Shown here in pieces: positions 28,800-37,100 of a stretch of 64,000 bases of DNA (position 1 is its first letter; each line of letters opens with the position of its first letter). The notes under the pieces were generated by a model that ran no database searches, was not told where the DNA came from, and worked only from the letters and a program-made list of their open reading frames with translations. The stretch is from the NCBI GenBank assembly GCA_028534125.1, contig CM052825.1, positions 21,700,001 through 21,764,000 on the forward strand, given 5' to 3'. The stretch is from Lama glama (lineage: Eukaryota). The position numbers were made by a program, and so were the translations under genes.

Positions 28800-31700
28800 G
28801 ATGGGGAATAATACGTCAACAGTGGGTGTTTCTCAGAGGTATACTGTGGGTAATTTTTATTTTATTTTAGTTTACCAGTATTTCCTGGATTTTCCTACAG
28901 TGAACTTTATTTTTTAGTAAAAAAAAAAATGTAAAATTTACCGAAGTTGCCAGAAGCATTCAAAGAAAATCAAAGACTGAAGGAAATGAGCCTCTTGGGT
29001 CTGGGCTGAGTGGGCGAGGGCAGGTCCAGGGACACTCGGTCCCCTCCTGGGGGAGTGTGTTCATTCCGCCCCTCCCCTTGCAGCTGGGAGAAGAGCTGAA
29101 GCAGCTGGTGCCGGCGAGTGGCCTCACGGTCGTGGATCTGGAGGTCGAGGGCACGTGCCTGCGGTTCAGCCCTCTGATGACAGCGGCAGGTAAGCTGTCT
29201 CCATGGTTGCCCTTAACTTTGTTCTGAGACACCAGTGACCTGTCTGTCACAGTCCAGGCTGTGGGGCTGGTCACTTTCCCTTGTGACGCTCTGCTCTCTC
29301 CCGAGAGGCTTTTCCTTTTCCCTTGGGCCAAGGTCAGGTCGAATAGCATTCCAGTGCGACTTCTCTGAAAGACTTCTGAGATCACCTGAATTCCTGCATT
29401 TCACATCTGGTGACCCTTCGTCTTCTGTTCAGTGGTTCTCAGTCCGGACTGCACATTAGAAGCCCTTGTGGAGCTTTGAAACCTCCCAGTGCCTGGGCCC
29501 CACCTGCAGGGATTCTGGCTTACTGAGTCTGCATGGAATGGGGCCCCGGCATCAAGTAGGCAGTGAAGGTGGAGAGCGGCCGCTGTGGACGTTTCAGAGA
29601 GCAGCATAGCTGAAGGTACGTGGACTTTGATGACAAAGTCCTGAGGGTCCTTGTCCCTCCCAGCCATTTCATACCTAAGGAGCCTGGAGCAAGTTTCTTC
29701 TCTGCAGACCTGTCCCCACCAGCTCACGGCAGTGACATGAAGGTTCAGCTCAGACCACGTGTGTGAAAATGCTTGGCATGTCACCAAGGAGGCGCCTAAA
29801 AATCAGCTGAAAAGAGATGCATTAAAAATTTGATATTGCTTTTTTCTGAGATGATTTAAACATGTTCAGAAAATGTTTGATGGCTTTTCATGAGGCGTTT
29901 TCAGCATTTTTGGAAAGATTCTTTCTCAAAGGCATCAAAGTAGAGAAGTGCAGGCAACTGTCCTGCAAAGAAGAGCCCTCGTGAAGATGGCCGGTGGCCC
30001 CCGGACCTTCCAGGGGTCTCTGCTCCTGCTGTGCAGGGGGCCCAGCCCCACAGGCTCGGCCTCTAAAATTGGAAAAGCTGGCTGTGGACACCCCAGGCAG
30101 CACGTAGTGAGGCCTAGTGAGACCGCAGACAGCGTTGGAATGAACAGAAGTGATGGCGCAGTCCTGTGGTCAAGACTCAGAGCCCTGAACCCTGAGGCCG
30201 CTCCGGCTCCGACCTTCAGAGCCAACTTGGTCCTGTCGTCATCACCACGCTGCCCATCCTGCCGCCCCAGCCCCCTAAAACCCCTCTTTTTCTCCATGAC
30301 GTTACTGTAGAGTGAGGACTGTGCGGTTGCCTCTGTTTCTAACCTGTGATACGATGTTTATAACTTAAGCAGAGTCTTTCTATGAAAAGAATCTGATTTC
30401 TACGTAGAGTTTTATTATGTATTAAATCAGAGGGGCTAATTCTGTCTTCTGTGTAAGAAAAAATTGTGTCTACACCTGAGCAGCCAGCTGTATGAATTTT
30501 TAACACCTGATTCTTCATTATCTGGGTTTAGTGACTTTTTTTTTTTTTCACTCCTCCGCTCCAGCTAATTGGATGTACCCAGGGCTGTTGACTTTCTGAC
30601 AGTGCAAGTAGGCACACTGCCTTCTCGTTTTCAGCCATTCCTTAAGCATTTCCCTAACGTCCTGTGAACGTTTTCAGTTTTAGGAACTCGGGGAGAGGAT
30701 GTGGATCAGCTCGTAGCCTGCATCCAGAGCAAGCTGCCGGTCCTGACGTGCACATTCCAGCTGCGAGAGGAGTTCAAGCAGGAGGTGATGGCAACGGCAG
30801 GTCTCTTATACGTCGATGACCCTAACTGGCCTGGAATAGGGGTTGTCAGGTACAGTAGGAAGACCATGGGTGGGTCATTTCGTGAAGCAGCTAAAAATGT
30901 AGGATGAATATGTGTAGTCACAGTGCGTGTTTGATGAAAGTTCACCTGGATGTTCTGGGCATTTCCAAGAGCCCAGAGCAGCAGCACAGCGGCCCGGCGT
31001 GTACGCAGTGAAGTCCGAGTCGCTGTGTGTTCTTTCTGTGCGAACGTGGAAGTTACTAGGAGGACTGCACAGGGTGTCCCGCTGCCACGTGGTGGCGCTC
31101 CACGTGTGCGGGGCACTGCAGGTCACTAAGAACCCGGTTCGCGGTGGGAGCAAACTCTCCGCCCTGACTCCGTGCGAGCTCCCTCCTGCGGTGCTTTCCG
31201 CACCCTCAGGGTGCGGAAAGTCTCCCGTTCCTCCTGCAAATGGCAGGACCCCCGACGTGGCCTCTGCGTTCGCATTACGTGGGCCTGGGGGCTTGGGCTT
31301 TCGTTAGGATACCCTTGAAAGGTTTTGGTCTCCAGACCCTCGAGCGGCGCCTCTGCCCCTTGGTCTCAGTGCACGCTCTGGTACCCTCCAGCAGCTTCTA
31401 CTCCTGTCGTCCCGGGTCTGAAGAGACATTTGATCTTTTAGATTGAAGTCCTGTTGTTTGATGCTGTTTATAGGTATGAACATGCTAATGATGATAAAAG
31501 CTGTTTGAAATTAGATCCAGAAGGGGAGAAAATCCATGCTGGACTCCTGAAAAAGTTAAACGAACTGGAATCTGACCTTACATTTAAAATGGGTAATTAC
31601 TCCTTTAAGCTGACTGTGAGCTTGAAAGGCCGTGTCCCAACTGACTGCAGGGAGGTGGGGTCTCTTAGGTAGCTGCGTTCTCCCCGGGGCCCCAGAGCTC

Positions 31701-34700
31701 CCTCCCCCATGCGGCCCCTCTTGCCCCGTCTCCTCGCCCCGCCGGGGAGGCTCCTGCGTGCCTGGGCTGCCGTACAGGGAGCGGGCCCGGGGCCGGCTCG
31801 TGGACTTGGGAGCCAGGTTGGTCCATTGTTTCTTCCCGCAGGCCCTGAGTACAGAAGTGTGAAGAGCTGCATTTACATTGGCATGGCCAGTGATGACATA
31901 GATGTTTCCGAACTAGTGGAGACCATCGCAGTCACGGCCCGAGAGATTGAGGAAAACTCGAGGGTCTGTAAGACTTGTCAGGGCCTCAGCCCTTTCCTGG
32001 GTTTCCCCTAGGCAGCTGGCTGGGCTCCACGCTACCCTGAGCAGTGCCTGTTCGCTCATTCTTTCCAGAGAGGTTTTTCAAGGCTTCCTGGGAGGTTGGC
32101 ATTGTGCTGGGCAGGAGGGCCAGGTGGATTTGTCGCTGCCCTCAGTGAACCCACAAGCCAGCAGGGGCAAGAGACACGTATAAGCAGGTGAGGGTAGTCA
32201 GGGCTGTGGACGGAAGTTAGGGGAGGCTGAGCGGTTAGGAAGATGCACGCACCTCTGCCCTGCAAGGCCAGGGAAGAGCTCCCGATTGGAGCTGGTCCTC
32301 AGGCTGAAGGAGGTAGATGCTTCTCATGACGGAACTTTCCACTGGTAGCAGGCCTGCTTCTCTTGGCCGGGTGGGATGGAGGACCAGGCTGTGAGGCTTA
32401 AGGGATGCTCTCCACACCAGGTATTTGAGTCGCTAGAAATCACTCAGAAGAGGGACTGAAGCAAAGAAGAGACATGACATGCCCCCAGACCATGAGATTC
32501 ACTTTTGGCCATAGAGTGGGAAAGAGAAGGGAATTCAAAATGAGCCTACGACCCAGCTTGATTCGTTCTTGAGTGGGCTTCCTGGCGTTTCTTCCAGACC
32601 TGCCTGTGTCACTCCTGACTCCGTTTGCCCCAGTGTTGAGCATGTGTCTGCTTTCTGTTGATAAGACATTCAGATTATGGGGGCAGTTACTTGTGCTCCC
32701 TGGCAAAGGAAGCCGGTCACTGAGGTTCATCTGCCGAGGCCTCCTTCAGCATTTGGTCCTCTTCTATTTGATTGTCTGTTTTTGAACTACATTTAAAAGT
32801 GCAGAATTCCATGTGCCAACAGACTTTTGAAAAATGTCCCCAGTGTCGTGTTAACAGTTCCAGGCCCCCAGCAAGAAGCTTAGACAAGTGATGCCTTTCT
32901 TGGTCTTAACACAGCTTCTGGAAAACATGACAGAAGTGGTTCGGAAAGGAATTCAGGAAGCTCAGGCTCAGCTGCAGAAGGCAAACGAGGAGCGACTTCG
33001 GGAAGAGGTGAGGCTCTGGGCTGGGCTCCCCAGCTGGCGCCAGGCTGGCGTCTCGGCAAGTGGTCCTGAGCAGTGGTTGTGTTTTGCAGGGGGCGTTACG
33101 GCAGATCCCTGTAGTGGGATCCGTGCTGAACTGGTTTTCTCCAGTGCAAGCTTCACAAAAGGGAAGAACGTTTAACTTAACAGCAGGTAGGACTGACTTC
33201 CTCCTGGGTCTCTTTCGCCGTGAGAGCTTGGACCAGAGGCCCTGGGATCCCACGCTGGTTGTCCCGGGCTCTATCACTGGGCCCTGTGCCAGGAATCTGT
33301 GTGCGGAGACGAGACTTATCTGCCCCGAGACTCTGTCGTCCTCCCTCTCCTGCCCCGACAGCGGCGACAGCCCGAAAGCAGACACACAGCGCCCACAGCA
33401 GACTCCCCCGTGCCCCACCCGGAGCCCAGGGCGCGCACCCAGCTGTTCTGATCCTCAGGGCAGTGTGTCTTGGACATTTTGGTTCAGTGTTACTGTTGTA
33501 GTCCTCATGCGTATTTTGCCCCCAGCCGAGGGCTGCTTTTGCAAGAGGAAAGTAAAAGACTAGCACTGGGACATTTTATTTCAAACCAGGCAACCAGCAA
33601 GTATTGCCAGCTGGTGGGATTTGAGGAAGATGATATGGAACCACAGGCTTCTCCTTTCCTGTGGCCCCTTCCCCAGGAAATGATGACAGGGTCCTGTGAC
33701 AGCAGGAGATAGTCCGGCTTTCAGCTTGCCACGCCTCAGCCTTTAGCAAAGAGGCGCCGGTCCCTTGTTGCTAAAGGACATTTCCCCCTTGGGCCTGGCT
33801 CTGCAGGCCCGCCTGGCCACACTGCTGGCTGGCTGTTTTCACAGGATACCTGGGGAGACGAGGATGAAACACCCGGCAGGGCCGGGACCCGGGAGCACAG
33901 CTGCGAGGTGGCTCCCTCCAGTTCCCGGCACGGGTCAGGGGACCCGGAGTCTCCGGCAGGAAGCTCGTGAGGGAACAGGGCAGCCTGTGGCAGGAGCTTC
34001 CACACCCGCCCCCTCTCTTCCCGGCAGGCTCCCTGGAGTCCACGGAACACACATACGTCTACAAAGCACAAGGCACGGGAGTGACGCCGCCTCAGACCCC
34101 CTCAGGCACCCGCACTAAGCAGAGGCTTCCAGGTACGTGACCTCTCCATGTCTGAGTTCATTAACACTGGAAACGACTGGTTGTATTTCTCTTGGGAAAA
34201 CAGACCTCTGCGTCATGTAACAGCCTTCCCCCGTTTGGTACTACTGCCTGCATTCGTTTTCTTGGTTCTTGAACCCTAAGTCCTATTTCCCTTCATGTAA
34301 GAGCAGCAATCACTGTCCCTGTAACTGTTCCAGAGCCTTGGAGACGCGCCTCCATAGCCCTCCAAGGGCAAAGTTAGGGCCTGGAGAGCCGGCGTCTGTT
34401 TAACCCGGTGTTCCCCACCCTGGGCTCTTCCTGACCGGGGTTACCTCGCAAGTCTCTCGTGCTGAGGTCGCGTTAGCATCATCACTTAAATGCTTCCGAG
34501 CCCATAATCCCAGGGCTTTCTGCTGAAGCAGCTGTAATTGAATAGAGCGGTGCTGACAGCACACAGCGTCTGTTGCAGAAGTGTCCTATCTGAGCGTTCA
34601 GTGCTGTGCGTTGATCTTTCTCTAGGCCAGAAGCCTTTTAAAAGATCCCTAAGAGGCTCAGATGCTGTGAGTGAGACCAGCTCAGTCAGTCACATCGAAG

Positions 34701-34867
34701 ACTTAGAGAAGGCGGAGCACCTGCCCGGTGGGCCTGACGCCCCGGAGGCTGACAGCCCTGAGCAGCTCGCCCCTGCGGGAGCGGAGCAGCCCACCGCCCC
34801 CCAGAGCAGGGCCCAGCGCCCGGACGATGACAAGCCACAGGTAGAAGAGCCTGAGAGCCTGAGATAA
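2611..34867 (+). CDS. PDXDC1: PDXDC1, pyridoxal-dependent decarboxylase domain-containing protein 1; spliced CDS of exons 2-23 (5'-partial)
   Basis: 22 GT-AG exons join into one open frame of 2328 nt (775 aa + stop), from [16 protein letters not shown] to QVEEPESLR*, matching recalled mammalian PDXDC1. The first few codons (exon 1) are outside the window. Confidence 0.97.
3186..3251 (+). CDS. PDXDC1: PDXDC1 exon 3
   Basis: attag|AAGA...GGCAG|gtaggt; [21 protein letters not shown]. Confidence 0.93.
5248..5328 (+). CDS. PDXDC1: PDXDC1 exon 4
   Basis: ccgcag|TGGA...ACCCG|gtaatg; [26 protein letters not shown]. Confidence 0.95.
5780..6600 (-). mobile_element. Old L1 (L1ME-like) fragment
   Basis: Antisense L1 3' region motifs (ttgccaaattgccc...ccagttttaccttccc...cagtgtatgagagc; gataggtgagaaatggtatttcagcatagttttaatttgca); boundaries approximate. 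Confidence 0.6.
7018..7164 (+). CDS. PDXDC1: PDXDC1 exon 5
   Basis: ggcag|GACC...TTCAG|gtaatg; [48 protein letters not shown]. Confidence 0.95.
7210..7420 (+). mobile_element. MIR SINE
   Basis: cctgggttcaaatct...cctcagtttc...aaatggggatag...ttgtgaggattaaatga, the MIR core. Confidence 0.7.
7516..7641 (-). mobile_element. tRNA-Ala-derived SINE (camelid Vic-1-like) with target-site duplication
   Basis: Reverse complement GGGAGGGTATAGCTCGGTGG...CTTAGCATGC...GGGTTCAATCCCC plus A-rich tail; flanked by tggattcag(c/a)tatttt at 7500-7515 and 7646-7661. Confidence 0.85.
8451..8640 (+). CDS. PDXDC1: PDXDC1 exon 6
   Basis: aacag|GTAT...ATCAG|gtaatg; [18 protein letters not shown]...GLGQYLCNQ. Confidence 0.95.
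9268..9367. other. Assembly gap (100 N)
   Basis: Run of N. Confidence 0.99.
9368..9665 (-). mobile_element. 5'-truncated L1 3' end running into the gap
   Basis: ttagattccacatatgagcgatctcatatggtatttttctttctctttctggcttacttcacttagaatgac...catccatgttgctgc is typical antisense L1 3' sequence; ggcca on both flanks suggests a TSD. Confidence 0.75.
10944..11012 (+). CDS. PDXDC1: PDXDC1 exon 7
   Basis: tgcag|CTT...ATG|gtgagt; [23 protein letters not shown]. Confidence 0.95.
11275..11403 (+). mobile_element. tRNA-Ala-derived SINE (Vic-1-like)
   Basis: GGGGAGGGTATAGCTCAGTGGTAGAGCG...GGTCCTGGGTTCAATCCCCAGTAC followed by an A-rich tail; A and B boxes present. Confidence 0.88.
11971..12049 (+). CDS. PDXDC1: PDXDC1 exon 8
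   Basis: cccag|GAT...GCTG|gtcggt; [26 protein letters not shown]. Confidence 0.93.
12385..14290 (+). mobile_element. Degenerate L1 (ORF2 RT-to-3' region and 3'UTR), interrupted by a SINE
   Basis: Decayed FADDMIVY-like RT motif (ttgcagacggcatgattgta, about 12487), ttagtcattagagaaatgcaaattaaaaccaca, and L1M 3' end gtatacatttgtcaaaactcat; many stops and indels. Confidence 0.8.
13630..13773 (+). mobile_element. tRNA-Ala-derived SINE (Vic-1-like) nested in L1, with TSD
   Basis: GGGGAAGGTGTAGCTCAGGTGGTAGAGTGCGTGCTTAGCGTGCACAAGGTCCTGGGTTCAATCCC plus poly-A; TSD agaa(t/c)ggagaaaa at 13614 and 13774. Confidence 0.9.
14940..15450 (+). mobile_element. Old L1 ORF2 endonuclease-region fragment
   Basis: ggtgggagacctgaata (VGDFN-like) and gatttaaataatgcagtgaacaagcttgattttatagatacat (DLNN...LDLIDI-like). 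Confidence 0.55.
15560..15644 (+). CDS. PDXDC1: PDXDC1 exon 9
   Basis: cctag|GAACT...GAGGG|gtgagt; [29 protein letters not shown]. Confidence 0.95.
15740..16110. mobile_element. ERVL-MaLR LTR relic (MLT1-like)
   Basis: gggttgcagatgacaaa...aattggcttaagcaag...ttattggctcacataactga resembles old MLT1 LTR ends; boundaries approximate. Confidence 0.5.
16553..16601 (+). CDS. PDXDC1: PDXDC1 exon 10
   Basis: tccag|TGTG...CTG|gtaagt; [16 protein letters not shown]. Confidence 0.95.
16752..16853 (+). CDS. PDXDC1: PDXDC1 exon 11
   Basis: ggtag|GCC...CTG|gtaagc; [34 protein letters not shown]. Confidence 0.95.
17430..17665 (+). mobile_element. MIR SINE
   Basis: acttacctcacagagttgttggaagagcaaatgaataatgca...gtgcctggcatag. 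Confidence 0.6.
17716..17841 (+). CDS. PDXDC1: PDXDC1 exon 12
   Basis: tgtag|ACT...TTG|gtgagt; [42 protein letters not shown]. Confidence 0.95.
19460..19630 (-). mobile_element. MIR SINE
   Basis: ccccattttatagttgagg...aagtggcagagccaggttttgaacccatac. Confidence 0.65.
19725..20901 (-). mobile_element. 5'-truncated L1 (L1MA-like, about 1.2 kb) with TSD
   Basis: Antisense L1 3' end (ttagatttcacatgtaagtgaggtcatatggtatttgtc...; gctgtgcagaagctgtttagtttgatgt); flanked by gc(g/a)ctcagtag-tttt at 19709 and 20902. Confidence 0.85.
21206..21256 (+). CDS. PDXDC1: PDXDC1 exon 13
   Basis: tgcag|AGT...TTG|gtatag; [17 protein letters not shown]. Confidence 0.93.
22690..23020 (+). mobile_element. L2 3' end fragment lying between two MIR-like halves
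   Basis: ctgttccctctacctggaa...tcacctcttcagagggg...aggcagggacttttgtctgttt...gtaggcattcaag. Confidence 0.65.
26259..26322 (+). CDS. PDXDC1: PDXDC1 exon 14
   Basis: ttcag|GTG...TCGG|gtaggt; [21 protein letters not shown]. Confidence 0.94.
26870..27260 (+). mobile_element. L2 fragment
   Basis: cacctcctcacagaggccttccc...tagactgtaaac...cctagcacggcgcctggcatgagcaggc. Confidence 0.55.
27500..27890 (-). mobile_element. L1 (L1MB-like) 3' fragment
   Basis: cttgcaaaactgaaactccatgcccattaaaca...cagccccaggcacccaccattctactttctatctct. Confidence 0.7.
28029..28117 (+). CDS. PDXDC1: PDXDC1 exon 15
   Basis: ggcag|ATCC...TGG|gtaaga; [30 protein letters not shown]. Confidence 0.94.
28767..28798 (+). repeat. 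(CA)16 microsatellite
   Basis: Perfect dinucleotide run read directly. Confidence 0.97.
29084..29189 (+). CDS. PDXDC1: PDXDC1 exon 16
   Basis: tgcag|CTG...GCAG|gtaagc; [35 protein letters not shown]. Confidence 0.95.
29430..29560. mobile_element. MER5A-like hAT-Charlie relic
   Basis: cagtggttctca...ctgcacattagaa...ggagctttgaaa...tgcctgggccccacc...gattctg. Confidence 0.65.
30678..30849 (+). CDS. PDXDC1: PDXDC1 exon 17
   Basis: ttcag|TTTTA...GTCAG|gtacag; [21 protein letters not shown]...WPGIGVV. Confidence 0.93.
31474..31592 (+). CDS. PDXDC1: PDXDC1 exon 18
   Basis: tatag|GTAT...ATGG|gtaatt; [39 protein letters not shown]. Confidence 0.95.
31842..31963 (+). CDS. PDXDC1: PDXDC1 exon 19
   Basis: cgcag|GCCCT...AGG|gtctgt; [19 protein letters not shown]...AREIEENSR. 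Confidence 0.94.
32915..33007 (+). CDS. PDXDC1: PDXDC1 exon 20
   Basis: cacag|CTT...GAG|gtgagg; [31 protein letters not shown]. Confidence 0.95.
33090..33186 (+). CDS. PDXDC1: PDXDC1 exon 21
   Basis: tgcag|GGG...GCAG|gtagga; [32 protein letters not shown]. Confidence 0.95.
34028..34132 (+). CDS. PDXDC1: PDXDC1 exon 22
   Basis: ggcag|GCTCC...CCAG|gtacgt; [35 protein letters not shown]. Confidence 0.95.
34626..34867 (+). CDS. PDXDC1: PDXDC1 exon 23, coding part ending at TAA
   Basis: tctag|GCCAG; [29 protein letters not shown]...QVEEPESLR*. Confidence 0.95.
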
Positions 34868-36369
34868 AATTCAGTGTTTGCTTGGAGACTGTACTGAATA
34901 TTGTTTCAGGGAAGATGAATTTATTCTGAAAATGTGAACTGTGCCACATGCTAATACAAGAGAAATTACCGTTATTTGTGCTTAACTGGGATTTTTGCAC
35001 AAATATGTGCCTGAAAGCCAGGCTTGTGGGAGGGCAGTTGTCTAATTTTAAGGGTATGTAGATCAGTAACTTGTTTCTGTCTACCCAATGGTGGTAGTAA
35101 GACCATTTTTCCCCCGTTTACCATAAACACTTTTTATTCACAAAGAACACTTAGAATTTCAAGTGCCTGCCACTTGAAACACTTGTCCTTGTCTTTCTAA
35201 ATGTAAGTGTAAGAAGTTACTAGGTTGCACATAATAACTTTTTGGTAAGACAGCTTTCTCTAGAACTCTCCGGGTCCTCCGTTGTCCTGCTGCAGAGGAG
35301 AGAGACAGCATTCTTTGCCATCTGTTTTCCTTGGTGTTTAGTTTAATCAGGTTGCAATATACAGCTGGATTGTATTCAGCCTGAAGGAGAATGGGTTTCG
35401 GTGGGATTGTAAATAAGAGTGTCAGAAGCCCTCTCCTGCCGTCCCCAACTGCCACATCCCCTGGAGACGTAAGGACTGTGTCCGCTCGAGTTGTGACGGG
35501 GCCGTCGACACTGTCTGTGACTCACCTCTGCCACAAGTCCATCTCTCCCTTTATATACTGTTTGTAAACAAGGTAAAGGACTTGTCTATCAAGGGTAACT
35601 GTAAAGACTCTTCTGACCATATTATATATATATATGTATATTTTTAAATACTGGTAAAGCTTTTAAATTGGCACAAGCACAGACTGTACTCATTTCTGTG
35701 TTTAATATCTGAAAACCCCGTAGATGCTACTCTTAAGAGCCTCATATGAAATATGCTGTGTGGCACCTAGTTAAGTCAAAATCCTGAAATAAGTGCCCCC
35801 TTGACCTGTTCATGTGGGAGCAGCTCACCCATTTGGGCCCAACTCAGAAATGAAAACCACGGATGTAATCTTTCTCAGGCTGACCGAACCAGACTACTGC
35901 TGAAATAATCGGAAGTAAACCCTTAATTATTGCCCATTTCTACTTTTCCGAAAGCACTGCATCACTTCGTTTATCATAGGTGATGGCCCTGTGCCTTCTG
36001 GTCCAGCAGAATCAAGCTACGGGAGACCTTAAGATGCTAGGACTTCACACTGGGGTTGTGGACTGTAGTGTTGGGAGCCTTAGTTACGTACCACATTAGG
36101 CCTATAATTACATTCTGATTTGATGTGATTTCTGACATTTGGCACTTGTCAAAATGCAATTTTTGTCTTTTTTTTTTCCTTGGTGCAGATGATTAAACAG
36201 AGTCTTCCTTGTTTATTTGGTGCAATGAAGTATAGATAACATGGGGGAAGGGGAAATTATCACCTTTAACAAGATTAATTTTTAAATGTTTTTATATATT
36301 TGGAATTGTTAAAATTGATTTTGCTGAAATACCATTTCACCCTTGAGATACTATTTGAATGTTGGTTTC

Positions 36370-36375
36370 AATAAA
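36370..36375 (+). terminator. Probable PDXDC1 polyadenylation signal AATAAA (second candidate at 36475-36480)
   Basis: Canonical hexamer about 1.5 kb after the stop, at the end of an AT-rich 3'UTR-like block. Confidence 0.6.
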
Positions 36376-36774
36376 GGTTCTTGAAATTGTTACCAGTGAG
36401 TTCAGTTCATAAATCTTACATTACCTGACCTCTGATTGAGCACGGTGACTCCTTTTGGGTCGCAACTTCAGAAAAATAAAAGTTTCTAAAAATGCATCAG
36501 TTTTGGATTTGATGCTTCTAAAATTTGAGGGGCCAAAAAAAAAAATCTCTGGGGGATGTATAAATTCTCACTGAATTTTATTGCACTTTAAATATTCTTT
36601 TTTAAAAAACTCAGTTACAATTTTTCCTTTATTCAGTAATTTAGAAGAATTAGAAAGACTTACCCAAGTACCTGAAATAGCTGATTATAGAATAGTGAAA
36701 AAGCCGGCTGCTCCTCTGCCTCTCATTACTGACCAAAAATAAACCTAAACAAATGCCTTTGCCAAAATAAGATT

Positions 36775-36780
36775 TTTATT
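36775..36780 (-). terminator. Probable NTAN1 polyadenylation signal AATAAA (further candidates 36628-36633, 36577-36582)
   Basis: tttatt on + strand about 140 nt downstream of the NTAN1 stop. Confidence 0.55.
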
Positions 36781-36920
36781 TTAAAGTCATTTGAAAGACA
36801 CTGAGTAAAGAAGGAGACCTAAGACTCAATGGATGCAGATTACAAATTCATATTCTCTCCTACCCCCACCAGTGGTCTTCTGTCATGCCAGAAGGTTGCT
36901 TTCTTTGGTAATTCCTATTT

Positions 36921-37100
36921 TTAGCTTCCTGGAGAAGAGATCTTTTCCCATAAGCCATCTTCATTTTTTTTGTAGAGTAGAGCTTTATTTCCAGGAAACA
37001 GCGTGTTAGTTGGAGAAGGGTGTTTTTTTAAAAACATCAAGGTAGATCTAATATGTTCAACAAAGTGGGGGGGCTCAGCGAGAGGTGATGTGGAAAGGTT
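36921..37100 (-). CDS. NTAN1: NTAN1 exon 10, coding part
   Basis: ttccag|AAC; NLSTSPLAEPPHFVEHIRSTLMFLKKHP...KISSPGS*. Confidence 0.95.
   Translation of the reverse strand, partial: NLSTSPLAEPPHFVEHIRSTLMFLKKHPSPTNTLFPGNKALLYKKNEDGLWEKISSPGS

Noticed and set aside
27826-34118. Many 100-170 aa ORFs on both strands
   Set aside because: GC-rich intronic or antisense frames, or real exons extended into introns; no recognisable domains
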